Assembly: GCF_009914755.1 (NCBI RefSeq)
Contig: NC_060927.1
Length of the DNA: 64,000 bases
Strand: one strand, 5' to 3'
Source of the DNA: the human T2T-CHM13v2.0 reference genome, Homo sapiens
The notes under the pieces are model-generated. The model was not told where the DNA came from and did not search any database. It was given only the letters and a program-made list of their open reading frames with translations. The position numbers and the translations under genes were made by a program. This document shows positions 53,908 to 64,000 of the stretch, piece after piece (positions within the stretch are counted from its first letter, which is position 1; each line of letters opens with the position of its first letter).

Positions 53908-54404
53908 AAAGTGGTTCTTAAGGTTTAAAGAGTATATTAAGTGCTTGGGTATTTTGTTAGAATAAGAATTCTGGTGCAGTGAGTCTGAGGTGGGCCCTGA
54001 GGGTCTGTATTTTTTTCTGTTTTTTTTTTTTTTTTTTTTTTTACGCAGAGTTTCACTCTTGTTGCCCAGGCTGCAGTGCAATGGCACGATCTTGGCTCAC
54101 TGCAACCTCTGACTCCCAGGTTCAAGCGATTCTCCTGCCTCATCCTCGCAGGTAGCTGGGACTACAGGCAAGCGCCACCACGCCTAGCTAATTTTTGTAT
54201 TTTTAGTAGAGATGGGATTTCACCATCTTGGCCAGGCTGGTCTCGAACTCCGGACCTCGTGATCCACCTACCTCGGCCTCCAAAAGTGCTGGGATTACAG
54301 GAGTGAGCCACCGTGCCCGGCCGAGGGTCTGTATTTCTAACACCTGCCCCCAACCTCCATGATGTCAGTACTGCTGCTGCAAGAGCCACACTTGGATAAA
54401 CAAG
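53908..54404. mobile_element. MER5A hAT MITE split by an Alu
   Basis: agtggttcttaa...gtctgaggtgggccctgagggtctgtatttctaaca...ccacacttgg. Confidence 0.75.
54013..54322 (-). mobile_element. AluS (Sg/Sq-like) with 14-bp TSD
   Basis: gagggtctgtattt at 53999-54012 and 54323-54336. Confidence 0.96.
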
Positions 54405-57039
54405 TTCTAACATTTTTGGTTTATGTTACTTTTTGTTTGACCAGATTCCCAGATTCCATTTTCAGGTTATTCGCCACCCACCTCCCACCCTCCATAGCTC
54501 ACTGGTGCTCTGTTCCCTGAAGTTTTGAGAATGCTTGAATCTTCTTGCCTATTTGTGTACATGGGGTTGCAGGGGCAACCTGCCTGGGTTTATATACATG
54601 GGTCACATAAATTAAAATTCCTTTGCTCAGAATTCATGGACATTGCTTCAGTGTCTTATGGCATTGAACGTGGTCAGCTGAACATGGCATTGCAGTGGTC
54701 AGTTTTAGGGCAGGCCTCATTTTTACTTCTTTTAGGTCATTTGATTTTTTTCTACCTGGATGTCAAGAAGATTCCTTCTTTATCCTGGAGATTTAGTAAT
54801 TTCACCAGGATGCATCTTGATTTTATCTTAGGATGTATTTTGACTTTTTCAAATGGCAGTTCCAAGACTTTAGTTCAAGAAGCCTTTCTTCTGTGTGTTT
54901 TTGAATAGTTTTCTGTTATATTTGTTGGTGTTCTCCTCTCCAGAGTATGAATGAAGCGCGTGTCGTGGGATGCCCAGGAGTGTGCCTTCTGCTGAGGGTG
55001 CTGGGGGTCGTAGCCACTGAGGCTGCTGCTCTGCCTGCTTCATACTCTGTTCTGGAAGTTTCTTTCAGCCAGGAGGCAGTGAAGATGGGAGTGGGGGAAA
55101 CAGAGACAGAAAGAACACCCTCTGAGCTATCCCACAGGTCCCCACACTTCCCTTACAACATGTGGCTGTCTTATTACTGCAGGGCCTCTCAGGATGCAAC
55201 ATTTGCCTTTAGAGAAACCCAAATCTGGGCCAAAGTCTGAGGAGGTGTGAGTCTGCTTTCATTGTTCTTCCAAATTCCAGTGCATTTTCTACTAGGTGGT
55301 TTGTAATGCCACCATTTCTTTATTTTCGTGAAGATTGATTTTTCTCTTTTTTCCTATCTCCTGTTTTGAAGGGTGTCAAGAGAATAGGGTATAGAAAAAC
55401 TGTATCCTGACAATGCAGTCCAGATTTTTTTTACTGGATAAAGCAATACTAACTTGATTTTCATATTCTTTCCTTTTGGCTATTCCATGCCAGAGAGAGT
55501 CTGTCAGAGTCTTCTATATACGTAATGAGGGACCACTTGATCTGGTGGCAGTGATTCAAACTGAAGGTGCCTTGTCCTGAAGGAATCAATAATCTCTGAA
55601 TAATACAATGTATAAATTCAGTACCACCAAGCAATTACTGGGCAATCAGGACTGTCACTGCTCCAGGACAGAGTAGTGCTCAGCTGAGCACATCAGGGCA
55701 TTCTTTGCTCCCAAGGCATCAACATTGCAGCTTGGTGTTTGTGCTTGGTGTGCATTTGGCTGCCATGTGGCAGTGGGCTGGTGTGTGCTCAGTAAGCACA
55801 GCCAGTCCTCAAGGCTGACTTCCTGGAATAGCACATGGTGGCAGTCAGTGAAGCGGCCGCTCACTCATGGCTGGCTTGTACACACACACTTAGAACATCC
55901 TCCGTCAGTTGCCTTGTTCTGGAATGTTCATGAAGGTGTGTAGCTTATTAAAACAAGAAAAATACCCTTCATTTATACATTTACCTAGAGACATGACAGA
56001 GGACATAGAGAGCTTCAGAAAAACTTCATTTTCCCCTACTTTTCAGTCTTGGCCAAGGCCAGATTGTGGTTCAAATTTGTTGGATTTAGTTGGCATATTT
56101 CTTTCTTGTTTCCCCAATTAACATGGCTAATAGAGGGATACATGCCAGGAGGTGCCTGGCTCTCTGTCCCCACTGCCCTGTCTCCTGCAGCTGTAGGAGG
56201 TCAAGCCTGTGAGGATCCCCCAAGCCAACTCCCTCAGAGGGAGAATAAACATCAGCTCAAGCTTCTCAGCTTATTCTCTGCAAAGGCTATTTTATTGGCA
56301 AATGGTGAACTAGCAGAAACTCTGAATCCACTGATCCAGATCCTTGAGTAAAAGCCACATACACCCAGCATTTCATATAATATATGTATTTGCATGTACA
56401 TATTTTATTGAAAACCAGGGACTTTGCTGGAAGTATTTAAAGGTAACCAAAATCTGCCTTTTGCAGTACATTTCCAAGCTGAGACATCATAATAGATGTG
56501 GCACCTGATGATTTCAGAACGAAAGCCTTTCAACCTCCAAAATCATCCCCACCTTTACACTACTTACGAATGGGCCAAACGGGATGGGGAGTCATTTCCG
56601 TTTATCAGAAGGAAAGCTGACAGCACAGGAATGCAGTCACTTGCCTACCTTGTCTATACCCCAAATGTGAAAAAGGACAACAGTCCCACCCTCTCAGGAC
56701 CTTAGTAACAGGAATATCGGGATTGAGTGAGTAGCAGAGGTTTGCCCCTGCACCGTCATTGTGTGGTCTACCCCTGCAGTGCCAACTCTGCAGTGCCCAC
56801 ATCTCTCATCAGGACAGCTGTAGAGTCATTGCCTGCCTGTCAGGGGGAGTGGGAAATGAGCAGATTGCAGACACTGGGAGGTAGCGGCCTGACCTGCTAT
56901 ATCACCACCGCATACCGAGGAATCCGTATGTCGGAAGACACATCTGGGAGAGTTAGCGGGTGATTTAGACAGACAATCTTAGGGTGAGAGCAGAGAGACA
57001 GAAAAGGAGGCATCAACCACTGGGCTGAGAATCCTGGGG

Positions 57040-57240
57040 CCAAGTTGCTTTAGGAAAGGCAACCACTTTCAGTGGTTTATAGTCCATATTACAACCACCC
57101 AGCCCGCCCAGCTTGGAACAACTTAGCTCTATAAGGGGGCTAATCTTATTTCCAAATATATTCCCAAAGAGAATGTCCACAACCTCCCTTGGTAACCAGA
57201 GGCTAAAGTTACAACTGCAACAGTGTTTCCTCTTGGCTGT
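57040..57240 (-). mobile_element. L3/CR1 relic
   Basis: gtccacaacctcccttggtaacc is a characteristic L3 phrase. Confidence 0.5.
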
Positions 57241-57639
57241 GGATGTTAGCACATTGTAAACACTTGAATATATGACTAACTCAATTACACATCAATCAAG
57301 AGAGCTTATTCCTGCTTGAATTCAGGTACTTTAAAAAAGTCTGATGGAAACAGTGATTCTGAAGGTTGAAGATGAGATTCTATGCTGTGATGACCCTATG
57401 TCTAATGGTGGTGGTGGAAACACTACCCACAATCCAAATGTTCATTCCTGCTTGAGTCGGGAGCCATGGGGATGGGATTCTTGGGGTGGGAAAGGTGGAG
57501 CTGGGTTATTGGGAGGAGGAGGTCTGCCCTGTGAGAGTGCCAGGAAATCCAAAGGGCCCAGGTGGTCTTCCCTCCTACTTCTGGGGAGCTAGGATGTGGG
57601 CACCTGATCTCAAACCAGCTACCTGGATGCTCCTGACTC

Positions 57640-57914
57640 GGGCTTTGATTGTTAATGGAGGGAATTGAAGATTCAGGGAGAATTGAGACATCTGCAACTG
57701 CATCAAGTGTTTGGAGGGTGGGCAGGGACAGAAGCGCCATCCAGAATGTCCAGCCAGGTCACTCAGTCCCTGTGGTGTGGCCCATGCTCTATGGCCCAGC
57801 CCGACTTGATTCTGAGAACTGCTTCAAAGCTTTCCAAAAGGGGGCCTTCCTTTTCTGTTTCTTTTATTCACAGTTCATTTCTGTTGCTTATAATCAGAAA
57901 TCCTAACTGATACA
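57640..57914 (+). mobile_element. MLT1-type LTR 3' part
   Basis: Ends ttctgttgcttataatcagaaatcctaactgataca. Confidence 0.6.
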
Positions 57915-58449
57915 AGAGTGGTGCTGAGTTTTGAGTTATCCAGGTATTTATTTAGTAGGGGAAGGCTGCTTCTAGCAGGAAGACCATACATACTGAGTGG
58001 ACTGATAAATGTTTAATTTTAATGCAGCAAATTGGCTATTGAGTGTGTGCTGGTGGCTGGCACTGTGCTAAACACTGGGAAAACATGTGTCCTTGTGGGG
58101 CTGCAGACCAGTGGAGGACACATGCCTGCCCAGCGTCCAGGTCACCCTTCCAAATGGATCACATTTTGAAGCCTGCCTTGCCTGATGAGAGCATGTGTCA
58201 TTCATGAAGCAATTTCCCTGCAGGCCTTAGTGGAGTCACACAGAGCAAGGCCCTGGCATTCCACAGTGATGGCCCACCTGGAGCTGGCTTTCATGCAGGC
58301 ATAAATCACCCTCTCTTTTATGAGTTGTTATACTTATTTCTTCCAGTTTTTGCTTTCTGGTTTTACTTTCCTTTCTTCTTATTTAATAGACCTCAAGAGG
58401 GAAAGAATTTCTGGTCACAGCCAATCACAGATTAACCCCCTGTCTTTAG

Positions 58450-59033
<584 letters not shown>

Positions 59034-59234
59034 TAGGTCTCTGGGAGCCTCAGGATCCCTGGCTGCTTACCAATGACCCAGTGGCCTTTGGCATACCCCT
59101 GAGAGCAGACAGAGATCTGCTGACTATGAAAAGGTGGCACAGATCCAGAAAATGCTGATCTTTTAACCTGGATGAACTTGAAAATGGCCTGGGGGAGGTT
59201 TTAAATAAAGATGGAGTGTGTCTGTGGCTGGGAC

Positions 59235-59470
59235 TGCTTTAGCTGGATAGTCTGGGAAGGCCTCTTTGAAGAGGTGACACCTGAGCTAAGGCCAGAAAAA
59301 TGAGGAGCCAACCACACATAGAGAAGTGGGAAAGGCATACCAGGAAGAGGACCCAGACAGGACAAAGGCCCTGAGGTGGGAAGATCTTGGCAGTGTCAAG
59401 GACCAGATAGGACCATGGGCTGGAAGTAGCAGAGGAGAAGAGTGGTTGAGATGAGGTCTGGGAAGTAGCC
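59235..59470 (-). mobile_element. L2 fragment
   Basis: gggaaggcctctttgaagaggtgacacctgagctaagg...caaaggccctgagg. Confidence 0.8.
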
Positions 59471-62041
59471 AGGAGCTAGTGGCAGCAGCACAGACGTTGC
59501 TCTCAACTTTCCTTCCTGACAAGTGGAGAAAGCTAGCCCTCCTGGTTGGTGCAATTATAAATGGGTAAAGGTGGGGATGAGTTTGGAGATTGAAGGGCCT
59601 TCATTCTGAAGTGATCAGCTGCCACGTCTACTTTAATGTCATAGTTTAAGAGAATACTAAAGAAGCAAGGTTTGGGTCACCTTAAAGTACTTCCAGCAAC
59701 AGCCTCTGTTTTCCAATAAAATGCAGATATGCGATAATAGCATATGAAATGATAGGGGTGTGTGGTTTCACCTAGGATCTGTGTCAGTGGGTTTGATGGT
59801 TTCAGATTTTCTCCTGATTCACCATTTGCCAATAATATACTCTTTGCAGAGAAACAAGCTCAGGCTGAAGTCTATTGCCTCTGTAAGTGTGAAGGAAGCT
59901 GTTGGAGAGATTGGAGGAGGGGAACAAGTGATCCAACCTAAGTGAAACAATAATTCTAATAATTACAACCACCACCACTCTGGGCAATATGTGCACAGAG
60001 CTGGTTGCAGTGCAGCCAGTGTGGAAGAGCAGACTTTGAGGGGCTGAGGGCAAGAAATGCCAGTTGCCTTTCCCATGGCCACCCAGTGCATCAGTCATAG
60101 GCAGGATCAGGCCTAAAGACCCACCCTGGCCAGGGTCTGGCTGGCCAGGTGAGCCCAGGCTCCCCTACATGGCAGCGGGGTGCCAGTTCCTTCCTCTTGC
60201 CTGGGAAAATTAATAGCTTTTTTTCCTTCTTTCAAGATCAAAATAAAAATTTCACTGATTAGCATTGCTTCCATCCCATCCATGTGATGTCTCTTCCTTA
60301 AAAGATCCCATCAGGCTCCTTTCTCGGGACTCTGGCCAGGTATGTTTGCCCGCTGCAGAGATTCCCAGAGTTCTCCTGCTTATCTGGGCTGTAGCTCACC
60401 CCAAACAGCTCCCTTCCCTCATCTCCAGGCATCCCTGAAGCTTGAAGGGAAGGAGGAGGCAGAACTGGCAGACTTCTTCCTTAGGCAGGCTGGGGACATA
60501 TTGTTCAAATTTAGGCCTTATCCTCCAAGAATGAAAATACGTGATGCTTATGTGAATAAGTATTTGTGATTGAATTAAATGTAAGTACAGGGCACTTCTA
60601 ATTCACAGCTCTGTGTGCAAGTGCAGGGTCTGTGTCACCAAGCACCGCCTTCACTGCTGGGCTGGCAGTGAAGGTGGCTCCTGCATCTCCCACCTTCCCT
60701 GCTCATCTGTCTTGTTTGCCTCTCCCAGCTTTGTCAAATGTAACGTGAAAGAAAGGGAAATTAAAAGAAAACAAACAAAAGAGAGATTTTCCCAGAGGGG
60801 AAATCAGATTTATCCTAAAGTAATTAAATGTGTAGGAAACTGAGAACAAAGGATTGCAAATAGTGTGCGTGTGTGAGTGAGAGAGAGAATAAATCATTAT
60901 TTCACTGGCAGCCGGAGCCCTCCAATGAATCTTAAACTCAGGTCCCTGTGAAGTGGAGTAGGCAGGGGAATCGGACCATAGCTGTGGCTCTGGTGTCCCA
61001 GCACCTGCTTCCCGTAGCTCCCACAGCTCTTCTGCTAGGCTTGGGGACTGGGGGACTGGGGTATGCCCTCCCAGTCGTGGTTGGTGGAGCTACTGTTCAC
61101 TCCTTTTCTATGCTGCCTCCTATGCTCCCCTCCCTGTGGGACTGGCCTTCTCTGTGTTGAGTACTTGGGAGTCTTGGCAGGCTCCTGTTGCCCAAGCACC
61201 TGGTGGCACTGGGCGTGTCTTTTTCCTTTGTCTCATTACTTAGAGGCTGAGTGTGTTGGGGTCAAGGACTGTGTCTTTTCACTGGGGCATGCCCAAGTGT
61301 CCATGCAGGGCCTGAACTGCTGTGGTTGCTCAGTCTGTGTTTGTTGAATTAATGAAGGGGCCCTTAAACATTCAGAGACATTGAGGTTGTCGCACTATGA
61401 CCTTTCACTGCAGCTGCTGTTGTGGCTGGGGAGGCAGGCACATGCACCATGCCTGGACTGTGAGGGGGGGCATGATGAGAGCTCCAGGGAGGGCAGAGGA
61501 GGTAGGAGAAGCAGTCAGGTAGGAGATGGTGTTTAACCTGGGCCTTGAAAGGTGGACAAGTCTTTGACGTAAAGGGGAAAAAACATCTTCTTCAGAAAGT
61601 TGATGTGAAGCCCCCAAAATGCAGGGTGCTTGTACTTCCAAGCAGGCCCCGTGATCATCCCATCTTCCCCATGTTCTGACTAGCTTAGACCCATTAAGGC
61701 AGAGGTAATTTGAGATCATGTGCTGACAAGTGGCTAAGAAGGCCTTTTGGCTACTATGATGGGGGTGCTGAGCAAGAGCTGACTTCCTGGGGGCTTCCTG
61801 GGGACAAAGTCTACACAGCCCATCTGATGCTCCTCCCACCTCCAGGAATTTGCTGATGCTGTCACTTCATTCTGTAATGGCCTTTCTCCAAAATGCTGCC
61901 CTCCCTTTCTTCGAAGACCAGCTCAGATGTCACCTTCCTCCCTTTCTCAGCCCACTGCAATCCCACCCCTTCTTAAAGCACCCACCGATCTCCTCCATGA
62001 AATCTTCCCAGCTCCCTACAGCTTCCCAGCAATCTTTGTTG

Positions 62042-62112
62042 TGAACATATTTAGTAGATACCTTTGAACAAATTTAGCAGATACCTTTGAACATATTTAG
62101 CAGATTCTTGAA
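62042..62112. repeat. Tandem repeat, ~3 x 23 bp (tgaacatatttagcagatacctt)
   Basis: Units start at 62042, 62065 and 62088. Confidence 0.92.
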
Positions 62113-62934
62113 ACCTCTGCTTACACCAGCAACCACAATCCACCCACCTTTTCCTATGATAGACCCATCTGTGAGCCTCGCAGGACACAAACAGTGTCTC
62201 ATTCTTCTTGGGGACATGTAGCCTAGCACTGTGTCTGCTGAGTGAATGCCGGCCTCATTTCCTCCACAGACCAATTTACTAACATGTTTTCAGTGGCTAC
62301 GATGTGACAGGGATTGCACATGGGCTTTGGTGATGGTCTCATTTACTCCTCAATGCTGAACAGGAATGAGCCTCGCCAGCTGATAGGGACTGAGAGATAG
62401 GAATTCTAAGCTGAGGCTGTGCCTTGGAGAGGCATGAGGCAGAGAGGACAGGGGAGAGAGGGAGCATCAGGGAAGTCTGTCTGTGAGCACCACGTGTTCA
62501 GTGGCGTTTCCTACCAGGGCCTCAGCCATCACAGCCACCAAAGGGAGCTCTGCGTGCCCCACTCCACAATACCTGGAGGCCCCACACCCCATACCTCAGA
62601 CCCCGAGCCTTTAGCACCAGCACAGGAGGTGGCTGCCCCCACAGCAGTAGGCTTGTTGGCTGAGCAAGATTCTTCCCTACCTCTTCCAAAGGCCTGAAAT
62701 CCCATCACAAAGCAGTCTTATCCCCCAGGGATAAGAATGGAGCATGTATCTGGGGTCCCTTAGGCTGGTCAAGCAGGGTGGGGCTTTAAAACGGCTTCCA
62801 CCCCAGGACTCTGGGGGCCAAAGGGGAGTCATGTGTGTGCAAAGCAGACATAAGCCTTTAAAGGAATAGCATTGCAGTTATTCATCTCTGCTGTCCAAAG
62901 ACTTGCCTGTAGATGAATATTTCAGAAAAATGAC

Positions 62935-63700
62935 ATTTTCTTTTCTAATCACAGAAATAAAATATGCCTATCGTAGAAACATGGAAGATATGGGAGATAT
63001 AAAGAAAAAATGAAAATCACCCAGAATGACACCATCTGAATAATTTCTACCAGCCCTTTGATATATTTTATTTTAGCATTGTGTGTGTATGGGATCACAT
63101 TGTAAGCAATTTTATATCCTTCATCCATTGAATATTACATTGTGATCGTTTTCCCTATCATTAAATTTATTGGAAAACATTTTTAATGCCTTCATAATAT
63201 TCAATCTTGTGGCTGATCCATAATTTATTTAACCATCTCCTCCTTTTTGAGCATTTAAGTTATTTATAATTTGTGAATATTAAAAATATCCACAAATAAT
63301 AATGTTGTGAACAACTTCATTCATAAATCCATAGGCACTTTTGTGCTTATTTCTTTAGAATAGGTTCCTAGAACTGGAATCAAAGGGTCTGTACTTGGCA
63401 ATGAGTCTGGATACCTACTGCCAAGGTATTGGTCTCCAGATGCAGGCTTTGCCTCAACAGCTGAGAATGCCCTTGTCCCAGCACCTTCATCCGCATTGAG
63501 CATTACTGCTTCTTAAACCTCTGCTAACTTGGTACAACAAACGGTGTTGGTTAATTTATCTGTTCATTGATTTTTTTTCCAGCTTTCCAATGGTGTGTCA
63601 GTGTTTTACTTATTATTTTAAGTGTTCCTTATATGTCAAGTTTATTACCATTTCCCCAAACATGTTACAATATTTCTTCCCGTTGGTTATTTGCCATTAA
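62935..63700 (-). mobile_element. L1ME-type 3' relic
   Basis: cataatttatttaaccatctcc...cctagaactggaatc antisense L1ME. Confidence 0.7.
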
Positions 63701-64000
63701 TTTTTTTATAATAGCTGTGTTGAGATATAATTCACATACCATACAGTTCACCCAATTAAAGTGTACAATTCAATTCAGTGGTTTTTAGTGTATTCATAGA
63801 GTTGTGCAACCATCGCCACAATCAATTTTAGAACAGTTTCATCTTCCCAAAAAGAAGCCCTTGCCCAATAGCAGCCACTCCCCATTTCACTTCAACTCCT
63901 CCCCCAGCCCTAGGCATCCACCAATCCATTTGCCATCTCTATGGATTTGCCTATTCTGGACATTTCACATAAATGGAATCATGCGCTATATGGCCTTTTA
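63701..64000 (-). mobile_element. L1MB-type 3' end (runs off the window)
   Basis: ttgagatataattcacataccatacagttcacccaattaaagtgtacaattc...ctattctggacatttcacataaatggaatcat. Confidence 0.9.

Larger units (their letters stand above)
53340..54950 (-). mobile_element. HAL1/L1ME-like relic, interrupted by MER5A and Alu
   Basis: ttccttctttatcctggagatttagtaatttcaccaggatg parallels 33741-33780. Confidence 0.45.

Overview
Primate (human or great-ape-like) genomic DNA with no recognisable host protein-coding gene. The window is dominated by interspersed repeats: Alu/FLAM/FRAM, MIR, L2, L3/CR1, old L1M and HAL1-like relics, MaLR LTRs, and Tigger/hAT MITEs. The only ORFs with a recognisable product belong to one young L1PA2/3-type LINE-1 on the minus strand (45709-49445). 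It keeps its 5'UTR, an open ORF1 with a lost stop codon, and an antisense ORF0. Its ORF2 is frameshifted and it lacks its whole 3' part. It sits at the core of a four-level nest (L1ME > L1MB > THE1/MST LTR > L1PA). The most unusual structure is a ~580-bp composite insertion (12831-13413) inside an old L1. It is built from an inverted copy of 15363-15677 and a direct copy of 11234-11464, with fold-back junction sequence and an 8-bp flanking duplication, which looks like a fossil templated-insertion DNA repair event. Repeat family names come from my recollection of consensus sequences, not from a search; old-repeat boundaries are approximate. I cannot assign the chromosomal locus and do not claim a new biological system.
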